Assembly: GCA_010015805.1 (NCBI GenBank)
Contig: ML978124.1
Coordinates: 806,001-870,000 of the forward strand
DNA: 64,000 nt
DNA from: Rhizodiscina lignyota
Lineage: Eukaryota
Direction of reading: 5' to 3'
How positions within the stretch are numbered: the stretch's first letter is position 1; every line of letters begins with the position of its first letter. The position numbers were made by a program, and so were the translations under genes. The notes below the pieces were generated by a model. It did no database searches and was not told the origin of the DNA. It was given only the letters and a program-made list of their open reading frames with translations. Below, piece by piece: positions 49,201-60,612 of the stretch.

Positions 49201-52200
49201 ATGGGCGAGTCGCAGCTTTTCGAGCCGAGACTGGTTCACTCTCACGGTACCCAGGGCAGCTTGAGAGGGCTCTACACAAAGCCAGACAACTTTGTTGCAT
49301 CTTCCTTCGGCGGCAGAGTTTCTGCCGATCCTTGTCCTTCGACCCCATCCCTTCTGGCGTCGCGACACCGCCGAACCGCGCAGTCTACCTCAGTTTTCGA
49401 GTTTTCAACCGCGTCTTCTCGACATCACACCAACCCTGCCATCATCGTGCATTCTGTTCAAGCAGACGCCGGCGTGGCGGATACTCCAAGGAAATCGTCT
49501 CCCACTCTGGTCTCGCATCGCGGAGAGCACATAAATGGGAAGTCAACTACAACTGCAAACGGTCCAGCTGGCAGTTTGCCGATAGCCTCGAGTCGGAGCC
49601 CCAACATGGCGGGTAGTAGACACAACCAACACCTCCCTACGCGTCCTCCAATGTTATCTCACCAGTCTAGTTCAGTCCCTTCGACCCCACATCAACATGC
49701 CCGCGACACATTCATCTCTCGATCTCGATCCCCATCACCACATGCAAGTCTAGGTGGTAGTCATTCTCCTCGCTCAACCAAGTCAGAAAGTTACATGGCT
49801 GCCCTTCCCCGTGGTCGTCCAACATGTAAGTATGAGACCGCCGCCGCGTTTGGGAGGAGACGCATCTTGTACGATATTGGAGACGCGCCTCTGGAGAAGG
49901 CGAAGGAAGAACCGAAAGCTTCGTTGAATCCGGATGAGGAGGACAAACTTAGCGGTGACATGCGCGAGTTGTACGACCGGTTATTGCCGACCGCCGAAAG
50001 CGAACAACGGCGACTGAAACTGGTGGACAAACTGGAAAGGATACTGAAGAAAGAGTGGCCTGGGAATGAATTCACGGTACATGTCTTTGGATCATCAGGG
50101 AATCTGCTTTGTACCAGCGAGTCCGACGGTACGCGATGGGACCTCGTATTTCTATAAGACAATTGCTGACGCTCTATCAAAGTGGACATCTGTGTCCAGA
50201 CGCCGTTCAAAAAGCTTGAGACAATGCACCAGCTGGCCGAGGTCATGGCCAACAGTGAGTTTCACTTTCCAACGCCAATTTTCCGATGAACTGACACATT
50301 TCAAGATGGCATGGAGAAAGTTATTTGCATCGCGTCCGCCAAAGTTCCGATCGTGAAGATTTGGGATCCCGAGCTCAAGTTGAATTGCGACATCAATGTC
50401 AACAATACCCTCGCGCTTGAGAATACGCGAATGATCAAGACGTATGTCCAGATCGATGATCGCGTGCGCCAGCTCGCCATGATCATCAAGCACTGGGCAA
50501 AACAGAGAGTCTTGAATGACGCCGGTATGTCTGAGAAGAAAAAAACATGACGTGAATTACGGCTAAAGGAGTACAGGTCTTGGAGGAACTCTTAGCTCAT
50601 ATACCTGGATTTGCATGATCCTCAATTTCCTGCAGACGCGCGATCCGCCAATACTTCCCGCCCTTCATCAGAGGGAACATGAGCGCTATGTCGCAAACGA
50701 CGGCTCTGAGGCTGGTTTCAACGATAACCTTGACGAACTTCGTGGCTTTGGGAAAGACAACAAGGAAACACCAGCGCAGTTACTGTTTCAGTTCTTCCGA
50801 AGATACGGTCATGAGATAGATTACGAGAAGTCTGTCATTTCCGTCCGGCACGGGAAGCTTCTATTGAGAAGTGAGAAGAGCTGGGACTCTGCGAAAGAGG
50901 CGTTATCGCGGTTATGCGTGGAAGAGCCATTCAATACTACTCGTAATTTGGGAAATACCGCCGATGCTACCGCTTTCAGAGGGATTCATTTGGAGATACG
51001 GCAAGCATTTGACCACCTTGCGGATGCTGCGCCGCTCGATAAGCTGTGCGAGCCTTTCGAGTTCCCGCCAGAGGAGAAGAACTTGTTCAAGAGACCTACA
51101 CCTGGAGCCCGACCAATCATGCCTCAGATGCCACCAAATATGCGACGTAATGCTCCTGCGCCAGTTACTATGCGAGCACCTCGAAATCCTCAAGGACTCC
51201 GAAGTTCCCCGGGCTACCGAAGATCGTCAAGCGGCGCGTCATTTGCGAATATGCGACCTCAATATGGTTACCCACAGCAATATCCAATCCCTCACGATGC
51301 GCTCGAACAACTGCGGCAAGGGTTTCTGATGAAGCAAAATCAGATCGACGTGTTGAAGGCACAACTCGCTGCTCAGAGCCACGCACAACACGCTCAAGCG
51401 TATGCACATGCCCACGCTGTCCAAGTTCAAAGTCTTGCACACGCACAGGCGCAGGTACAGGCCGGCCTTGCCGCAACGGCCTCACCGCAGAGACAGGGTT
51501 TCATGAATGGACCACCAACTCCGCAGCTTGATGATGGCAGGGGTCATTCATCTGTGTACAATCCCTACAGCTATTCCTACTATCCACAATATGACCTCAC
51601 CCAACCGATGTCATTAACGGCTTCACAGGATGGCACGAGGACGAACCCAACCTCTCCATCGCTATCGAACGCCATCCCAGCGCGAAGACAGTTACAGCGA
51701 TCAGTGACTGCCGGTGGAATCCAGAGCAGTTCTATTCGTTCGCAGTCCCAGCCTGCAAGGGCGTTGCCGAATCACATGCTCCATGCAGCCGGGTATCAAA
51801 TGCCACTATACGACTCGAACACATACGCACCCTCCACGCAGCAGGTGAATGGCGTCGATGCTGGGCAGGCTTACTCCTCCGACCTTCCACTTCGAGCTGC
51901 CCGGGCGATGTCCATTGCAGAGACGCAGTCGAACTCTGGTTCGCCTCGGGAATATGTGGGTTATCACATCGAGGACTCCTCCCCGCAGATGCAACAGAGT
52001 CTCCCCCAGCCTCAGCCAAAGGTATCAAACTTCCATCTCCCGCCAATTCCCTCGTACGGCGACCTTCGGAGGCAGAGGGGAGGCAACGATCTTCAGCTGC
52101 CAGTTTCAATATCGGCCCGTCGGGCTTCGCGCTCGCCATCTCCGCTTGGTCATATACGAAGCTTCTCAACAGCCAGTGGTCTACGGTCTGCACCACTACC

Positions 52201-53191
52201 ATCAATGCCATTACCGCGTCAGAGGAATGATCCAGTTCAGCATATACCCGAGAGCATCGGCCCGCTGGTTGTTAACGGCTCCTATGCGTCGACTTCACCT
52301 CCAGCATGGGATTCTCAAAGCACTCCTGGCGAGTCGCAGGCTGAATTGACTGATCAATTCGCGGCGGAATTTGCGTCGACTGTGAATGCTCCGGCTCACG
52401 TACAGTCTGCCTATGACGTCTTTGGAATTCAGCACCCTGTCGAGACTGCTTCCGAAGCATCAGTGACCGATAGTGAGCACGCCCCAATGACGGCACAGAT
52501 CAATGGTACTCACGGCGAGTCTGCGAAGGGTCCTAATGGAATTGTCATTGCTTCATCCACTCCGCAGCAAGCCTCGGAGCCCTTCCCGCCATTAACCGGT
52601 ACCTCTCCAGAGATTGTCCACTCACCAGAAATGGCAACATTGACGGCTTCGCCATCTCCCGCGCCTGTCACAGCCAACAAATCACCATGGCGAGAAGTTG
52701 CTGCAAACCGAGGCCCCGTTCCTCCACTAGATCTGTCAGGGGTCTCAGATGTCCCGAAGGCTCTCACCTCTGGCAAAGCCCTTCTTTCGCCTGTCATAGA
52801 GACACGCACACCCTCACCCACAGCCAATCGCCGAGGTGGAACTCCTAAGGCATTTAGGACGAACGGTTCAATCTCTATCGCGAATGGCACGCATGCCGAG
52901 TCGAGCAAGAGCGATATGCATCACAATGAGAAAGTGAGCGCTGCAAAGGAATCTGCTCCTGCGCCGCTGGCCAACCGTACGAACAAGTCAAATACGCCAA
53001 AGGCAGAGGCAGGATCGGAGAAGAGCAACTCGGCCTCAAACTCGAAGCCACAGCAGCAGCAGTCCGGACAGTGGCAATCCGCGGCTGGTAGAAAGAAGAG
53101 GCGTGGAAGAACGAAATCGAATGCCAGTTGGGCGAAGCCAGGAGAAGGTGAGCCAATGCCCGCGAATGAGGCTGAGCGGAAAGGAGGATGA
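49201..53191 (+). CDS. Non-canonical poly(A)/terminal nucleotidyltransferase (Cid1/Cid13/CutA family, PAP-associated domain)
   Basis: Introns 50129-50182, 50255-50305, 50525-50576 give VFGSSGNLLCTSESD|VDIC, AKVPIVKI..CDINVNN, GLGGTLSSY, LCVEEPFNTTRNLG; long disordered tail. Start codon uncertain (49201 or about 49606). Confidence 0.9.
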
Positions 53192-54602
53192 GTTTTCCGC
53201 GTCGTGCGAAACAGTTGGCTCTCACCTGGAAATCGATAGGGAGATACGAACAACAAGAAAAACGAGCGCGGTTCAAAGCGAGTAGAGACTACCATCAGCG
53301 TTCTCGATCCACAGACGCTAGCAGTGATGCAACAGACAACTATATCGAGCCGCATGGGGAGTTGGCGGGAGATGACGTTTTTCGACTTGAACTGAACGCA
53401 TGGAGTTTGTACCACGCGTGAAGCGATTGATTGGGCGTTTTCAGGGAGTCCCCAAAGGTACATTATAGTGTACGCTGCGAAACGTCGTTACCCTTTGGGT
53501 TTCTTGTTTCCCGTCTCGCTCTGGTAGTTTCTCACTTTCCTGTTTTTCTTGGGTTTCCTGGAGCTTTTTTCATGCGAGGTACTCTTGTTTTGCGGCACAG
53601 CGCGGGACTCAGAACTTTTTATTCTCTCGGTTCTGAATGGGATCATCGGAACTTGGGACTAAAGTTTTCTCCTTGTCTCACTTGTTTCTTTTTCGCCTGC
53701 CAATCAACAAACTGTTGGCTTTGAGGGCGCCTTCTTTGATGTATAGATAGCAGTCTCAACTAAGGTTCGGCTTTTTCGAACCACCGTGAACTTGGGGATA
53801 GGCCTGGCCGGGTAGTGGATACATAGGCTTGAACAATGACAAAAAAACAATTCAAAAGAAACGCTAGTCTGATTGAGATTGTGATGGGCGGGCTGCTGCG
53901 AAGTGGGGCAGACAGAGAGTTGGACCGTCTCTGGGCTTTATTCTACTTCCCCCTCGATAAGCAATGGATTGCAGATTTGTTTCAGATTACTCGTCTTCCG
54001 CACAGCTTGTACGTCAGTCTCGAGAGCAATCTCGCCTCTGTCCGCCCTTCTTCCGATATCCTACAGCGCTACAGAAAATTTGGAATAGTGTCCCGATTGC
54101 CGCTCCGACGCTCTTCTCGTGCGATACGCACGCGCCCACTTGATAAATCAGACCTCTAACTCCCGTCACCGGTCTTCCACCATCCCACGACACCTTAGAC
54201 CGCTGGATGAACTCCCGGTACGCCTTATTCATGATGTTCGAACAACTCGGCGCAATATCGACTTCAACAAAACTTTCTTGTCTATCCCCACGCGAACGTA
54301 AGTTCAAATTCACATTCTTCAGTTCATCATCAGTTTCGCAGCAATTTTTTTAAATTTCGAAATCTCTAATACCTTGGATTTCGAAGACTACTTACAACAC
54401 TGTCCGATGACCCGACGTTGTAGTCCTGTACCGTTCGAAGATGAGTGCTGAGCAGGCACCCTGCTGTTACAATCTGACACCGATTTTGAATACCCGAAAA
54501 ACCCTTGATATCATTCTGATTCCAATCCGCACGTGTCATTCTGATTCCATGTCGTCCACTGAAGCCTTTTCTCCGTCATCTCATCGTTAATCCAATCGAC
54601 AC

Positions 54603-56460
54603 CTACTGCTCTGCATCTTTCGCAACCTCCTCGTCGTCCACGACTTCTTTCTGATCAGCATCATCCTTCTGAACCACACCAACCTTCTCCTCTGCACCGG
54701 TTCTGTCCTCTGCGATGTCATTCTTCTCTGCAGCGTCCTTCTCCTTTGTAGTGTCCTTCTCCTTCGCAACTTCTTTCTGATCCGCACCATCCTTCTGAAC
54801 AGCGACATCCTTCTGAACAGCGACAGCCTTCTTCTGAATAGCGACAGCAAAAGGATTCACTTCAAACTCCTTTAGTACGAAGGGGCATCGTTCCTGAGTC
54901 ATGCTGCCCCACGTGTTGCCTCCAGATGGCGGCAGTCCTTTCATCGCCAGCATAACGCTCCATATGAAGTTGTGTGGAACCTCTTCTCTGCGAGCGCTAT
55001 CTATCAGGTGAAGGTCAGCGTGGGAGCTGAACTTGACCACAAGGACCTTCAGCAGTGGGTCTTGCTCCGGAAGATTGTCATATGCCTCCTTGATCATATC
55101 TGGCGACAGTCCCTCCTTGCAGAATGGGTTTCTCATCTGCGTCCAGATTGCCTGAAGGGTTTCTCGCTTGAGTAGAGGGATGCGGTAACGATCGGCGAAG
55201 AGATAGAGCTTAAGGAGGAGCTCGTAGGGCAAGCGCTCTGGCTGTGCGGAGCCGTCGAAATCATCGACGAGCTTTCGGGAGTGGAGCCACTCGATGAAAT
55301 GGACGATTACCACTGGTTCGGTCTCCGGAAACTCCAGGACGTCCTCAGGTTTGTCCATGAAATAAGGCGATACGGCATAGAGCCAGGACTTCCAAGACTT
55401 GTACTCCTTTTTTTCAGGGCCGATGAGGAGGGTTACAGGTTTGAGGTTCTCAAATCTAAATGTCCAGTTCAGCACTGTCAAGAACTTAATTGCTTTGTAG
55501 AACATACTGATGAGTAGGCCGGAGTCCGTCGGGTAACATATTGCGCATTTTCGGGCGAGAGGCTACTTGGAACTCGAAGGATCCACCCATATTCGCGGTG
55601 TACTCCGCGAATGGAATTGTCTGGCGAGAGCCCTGCTCATTCGAATCTTTATGTGTTGGCAGTTTTCCCCTGCCCGCGATGGAATCGGCAAGTCGATGTT
55701 CCTCTAGAGACCACAGTTCATAAGTCGGCTGCATCGAAATGGACTGGAAGACTACTATTCTCGTACCTTCCTTCACCTTTGTCGGCTCAAACGGACGAGT
55801 GCCGGTGCCTGCATCCTCAGGCAATGCTGTTACGCCTCTTGGAGGACCACCACTGCTTGCAATACTGAGCCCTGCTCCAAATCCTCCAAACGCTCGTGCG
55901 CTTGAAGCCATGGACTGGCCGTTGCCGCCGGCATTGTTGTCAGTCGAGACACGAAGGTTGCTGAAGAGCCCGCCTCCGGTGTTGCTGCCGCTCCCAAAGC
56001 CAGAGTTACCGCCACTCCCAAAGCCAGAGTTGCCGCTCCCAAAGCCAGTGTTGCCGCTCCCAAAGCCAGAGTTACCGCTCCCAAAGCCAGAGTTACCGCC
56101 ACCGAAGAGTCCGCCTCCGGTGTTGTTGCTGCTCCCAAAGCCACCGCTACCGTGACCGAAGAATCCAGGTGAAGGGGCACCTATGGCGGCGAAGAGGCCA
56201 TCTCTCTGAGGACTGCCGAAGCCACTAAAGGTGCTAAGATTTCCCAGGTTGTTGTTGGATGACGTGCTTACCACACTGGCAGTTGGAACACCGCTGGTAC
56301 CGCTTCCACCGGATGCGTCTTGAGCACTCGAGCTGTCGAAAACCTTGCGAGCAGCGCCTTTCATAGCAATGTCTGCTGTGAGCGGATGGGCTCCACATGG
56401 GTGAGTAGCACCACAGATTGCGCACTTTAGTGCGCCGTCGCCGTCATCTCCGCCAGACAT
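54603..56460 (-). CDS. BTB/POZ protein with N-terminal Cys/His motif, FG repeats and Nup98-like GLEBS motif
   Basis: Exons 56460-55508 and 55455-54603; phase-2 intron GTATGT..GCTGAAC..TAG keeps the frame. BTB: VTLLIGPEKKEY..AVSPYF..FIEWLHSR..LLKLYLFADRYRIPLLK. Confidence 0.8.
55987..56100 (-). repeat. Coding 21-bp minisatellite encoding (GNSGFGS)n FG repeats
   Basis: About five copies of ccaaagccagagttRccgctc, flanked by two copies of a GFGS..NTGGGLF-coding unit. Confidence 0.9.
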
Positions 56461-57296
56461 TGTGTTTTTGTTGCAATAGATGCAACTAGTTCAAGGTCGG
56501 TTGAGTATCTGACCGCAACCTCTGTGGAAGTGGGTTGATGAGGGTGGTGTTTTTTCCAAAGAGGTTGTGGAAGGTAAAGAGAGAGGAGATGTAGAAAGTT
56601 GAGGCCTCGACCTTTAACTACAGGCAGCAGAGAAAGAGGTCTTGGCGAAAGTTTAATTAAAAAAAAGAGGGCTGGTGTTAGGGCTGGTGTTAACAGTACG
56701 TCATGAAGCGAATTGCACTGCCGCTTGCAGATGTGCCTTCACTGCGAAGGGTGTTGGAGGTCGAGATGTTAATACTCTTAAAGACGCTTACTCTCAGAAG
56801 GGGAGCCCGGTGAATAGGCCAATCTCTGTACATAGTGCGAGCTCGGCGGAAGAAGGCGTGTTGGGTACACAGTTTAACCTCTGCGTATAATACAAGCATT
56901 GGCGGAAGAAGGGTTGCCCTTAGTTAAAGCAATGCTCTGTCTATCCATACGAACTGTTAGTTGAACTGTTGTATTGGATCAAAGCAATACTCTACGTACC
57001 TGTGCGAGCTGAAAGTTTGACGCCGACCTCTAATCAAACCAATACTGCATCTGCCAGTGCGAAGTTAAAGTTGAAAGCTTGCTCGAAGTGTGAAACATCG
57101 CTCGAAGTGTGGTGTTCATCATCGATCAGGATTTTAATCTGCTAGCTAACCACATTGAATAAGCTATCCTTTGCAAATTTGTCTGTTGAAGCAATTCGCC
57201 ATTGCTCTGCCATCTGAGATCCATTTTGAATATCTACTGCGCTTCAGCCTTTCCCAGTTTCTCCTGAATGAACTGGTGATGCAGATTCTTCCTTCT

Positions 57297-58665
57297 TCAC
57301 TTGGTCTTCCTGGATACTTCCTCAGATAGCTGAAAAGGACACCAGTGCTTCTTCAGAATCGACTCTCCACTCCCAGCGCCTTTACCCTTAACCTTTGAGA
57401 GGACACGAAACAGGAAGTCATTTGGATACTGTTCCCCATCACTTTGCTTCAGCTGACTCATGTCGAAATCCACAGCGAACTTCTCAGCAAGTATCTCCAG
57501 CAGCGGATCCTTCTCTGGGAGGCTACTGTAGGCCTTTGTCACCGACTTCAATGAGAGCGCCTGTCCATCTCCCTGACCGAGTCTCACGTGTGTCCACAGC
57601 ACTTGGAGGACGTCTCGCTTAAGTTGCAGCACATTGAACGTGTCGGAGAAGACGTAGAGGTTAAACAGGAGGTCGTACGGCCACTGTGATGCTTTTTTGT
57701 GTCCTTTGTCGTCAACAAGGCAACGAGAATGGAGCCACTCGAGGAAGTAGGCAAACGTCTCGGGGTCCGTATCTAGCTCAACAGTGTTTTCCGTTGATTC
57801 TCTGGTGCCCCCGTTGAACACGCCTTCGAAGTACGGCGAGACTGCGCAGAGGAATGACTTCCATACCAGGAACGGCTTCTTCTCGGAGCCCACGACAACA
57901 GTCACGGGCTCAAGATTATCATATCTGGTTTGCGTCAGTATCTTCAATCCGATACACTTTCGAAGTCCCTTACCGAAGAGTGGGCCTGTACACTAAGTCC
58001 GTATCGTCGGAACGTTTACGCTTCACTGTGCCTGGTTGTGTGGTCTGCGGAGATGGAGGCGGAGCAGCTGCAAATGGACTGATTGAGTTCGCGTTGCTGA
58101 ACAGAAGGCTACCAGAGGGTACGGTAGCTTGAATAGGTGTTTTTGCGCTTCCTCCAAGTGAGCCGCTGTTACTCAGGGTGTTGCTAACATTGCTGCTGTT
58201 GTCGGGCGAGGTGTTGTGAGCAGCAAGATATGGAGTGGTCCCAAGGACACCGCTCTCTTTCCAGTTACGAAATATGGCACTGCTGCTCCGCTGGTCTTTC
58301 TGTAATGACGTGCCAAGAGCACCAGAGCCCGGTGTGAAGGGGCCGGATTGGGACGACGAATTGGAGTTGCTGGAGGATTCTTGTCGAGGTGGGAAGGTTT
58401 GTGGGATGCCACCACGACCTCTTGGGGTGCCACCACGGCCTCTGGGGCTGCCACCACGACCTCTGGGGTTGTCATGGGCGGGTGTCTGTTGCGGCATGGC
58501 AGCGAGGACCGCGGAGCCACTGCCAAGGTTGCTTGGGTTGCTGTTGTTGGTGTTGTTGTTCGGCGCGTTATTAGATGACGAAGTATTTACAGCGCTGGCG
58601 AAATGCGCTGCACATGGCCAGGCAGCACCGCAGGAACTGCAGTAGGATGGAGCGCGACTAGCCAT
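57297..58665 (-). CDS. BTB/POZ protein with N-terminal Cys/His motif, RGG repeats and basic NLS-like motif (paralog of the adjacent gene)
   Basis: Exons 58665-57974 and 57924-57297; phase-2 intron GTAAGG..ACTGAC..CAG. BTB: VTVVVGSEKKPFLVWKSFLCAVSPYFEGVFNGGTRES..FLEWLHSR..LYVFSDTFNVLQLK. Confidence 0.85.
58408..58470 (-). repeat. 3 x 21-bp coding repeat encoding (xPRGRGG)3
   Basis: gccaccacgRcctctKgggNt present three times in tandem. Confidence 0.92.
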
Positions 58666-59242
58666 TGTGCAAAGTGGATGAAAATGAGTTTGCAGAATTG
58701 GCCGAACGCGTTGGAGCAACGATGAGATTGGTAGTGAAGTGAAGAGGTAGAGGTTGATGGTGAGTGAAAGAAGGTAAGAGAGCTTTAGTTTAAGGAGAGT
58801 GCTCAAGAGGCAATAATATACTTCGAGGCAGGAACGCGGCCTTGGCGCGCCAAGATCGGTTCCTCGAAGTGATATGTTAACAAGCCGCAGTCTATTGTTT
58901 GAATAGTGTGCTTTGAATAACAGAGACCGATATTTCAACCGCATGACTCCCTCTTGGTACAGAAGGGCGGCAAAGGCCCAATAACGAAACTTGACGAGCT
59001 CGTGGAGCAATTGACTTGTAATAAGACTCCTGCAACCTGCCATTGCACTTCTCACCTGCTTTCCCTCTCATGCTGCATAATAATTGGTACTAAGACACAT
59101 CCCCTTTAGAGCGTCTCGTCCCTACCAGCTCTGTACACTGTCGGGAATCCTTACGTCTCGAATTCTACTTCTATTCTTACGAACTCCGTCCTTATGTTTC
59201 ATTCCTCGGCTATCCCCTCCACTCTTCTATCAATTCATCCAC

Positions 59243-59735
59243 CTACTTGTGGCTTCCACCTGCTCCCGTAACCCTCAACACGAAATTCACAATCACCGCC
59301 GCCAACAGCGCAACCGCTAGCACCGTCGGCCCAAAGCGGTCATCGAACCCTCCTTGGCCTCTCACCCGGATGCTCCTCGCGCGCCAATGGAACGTGAACA
59401 AGGCGTACACCATCGCCGCCATGGCGACCAGCGTGAAGAGGCCGGCGCTGATCTGGCCGACCTTGTCGCCGAAGTTGAGCAAGCCGATGGCCAGGCCACC
59501 CAGGATGACGGTGAAGTTGAGCCAGGAGAGGAAGGTACGCTCGTTAGCGAAGAAGACTTTTGGCTCGACGCGGGTGGGGAGGGCGATGCGCTTGCCTGGG
59601 AGGGGAGTTAGCTCGATCGTGGAAGAGCTCGTAGAATTGAAGCACAGGAATGATTGAGGTAGGGGAAATCATTTTCCTGGAGCTAGAACAGCTTATCATA
59701 CCTGGAGCAGCCTGGAGCAAAGGTTGGCTTGACAT
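59243..59735 (-). CDS. VTC1: Vacuolar transporter chaperone 1
   Basis: Intron 59701-59596: [47 protein letters not shown]. Confidence 0.96.
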
Positions 59736-60118
59736 GATGGGCAGTGACGAAAAGCTCTGAAGTGGGGGTGCTGAAGGTGAAGATGGAGCTTCGAATGACG
59801 TCCTGGAGCTTCGACCGTTTGCCTGAAGCTCAATTGAGATACCGGATACTCAAACAGACTCAATTGAGCAAAGAATAGAGATACAGAGGTCGTGTGCGGT
59901 TAAAACGAAGAGGCAGCGGAGGCGTCACACGGGATGGGAGGAGGTGCTCTAAGTGGCTCAATCCCGGTCGCCCCGCGCAAGGTTTTGCAGGGTGGAGCTT
60001 CCCGTGATCGTCAACACCATCCCGCTCTTGCCAAAACAAACGCGAACATCATCACAACTTCTACAACTCCACACAATCGCGTCAAAAGCTTTCACATTTT
60101 CCAAATCCACAATCAACC

Positions 60119-60612
60119 ATGGCACCAACGCCCGTAAGGCGGCCCACAGGTAACCCCCAAATTCCAGTTTTAGACACGCTAACAAATTTCCTACGCAAAA
60201 GCCCCTCTCAGAAACGCGCCTCAGGCAAATCGCAACCGACGCGTGCGAATCAACCCTCGGCTCGCAGAGCGAGTACGTGCACTCCAGCACGCCCTCCTGG
60301 AACAGCAGCATCATCAACAAGATCCTCGAAGCGCTCATCTCCGAGACCGCGCCCGCCAGAAAAGACCAGCCGCCAGCGTGGAAGTTCTGCGTCAACAGCA
60401 CCATCATCCAGCACCCCGAGGCGGTGAGGGCTGGGGAGGAGGACGATGAGGACGAGAAGGAGGGCAAGGGGCGGGGCAAGCGCGGCATGCATGCGGCCAG
60501 CGGGGCGTACTGGAATAACGAGAAGGATGGGATGTGGAACTTTAAGTTTCAGGGGGAGGAGCAGTTGGGGATGGATGTGGTGGTGACGATTATGTGGATC
60601 TCGGCGATTTGA
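60119..60612 (+). CDS. Dynein light chain, Tctex-1 family
   Basis: Intron 60134-60201: MAPTP|PLSETRLRQIATDACE..WNSSIINKIL..WKFCVNSTIIQ..RGMHAASGAYWNNEKDG. Confidence 0.9.

Noticed and set aside
53836..54350. Possible third BTB paralog or small gene after the BTB pair
   Set aside because: No BTB or Cys motif in the translations; ORFs are short and unsupported.
55486..56460. Calling this ORF the genuine Nup98/Nup189 gene
   Set aside because: FG region is short, there is no autoproteolytic or Nup96 domain, and it splices in frame to a BTB exon.
55987..58470. 21-bp repeats as CRISPR-like arrays
   Set aside because: Eukaryotic context, no unique spacers, and the repeats are in-frame coding minisatellites.
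58666..59055. 130-aa N-terminal extension of the second BTB gene in the ORF track
   Set aside because: Begins at a non-ATG codon and reads like pyrimidine-rich UTR/promoter; the paralog-shared Cys motif points to ATG 58665.
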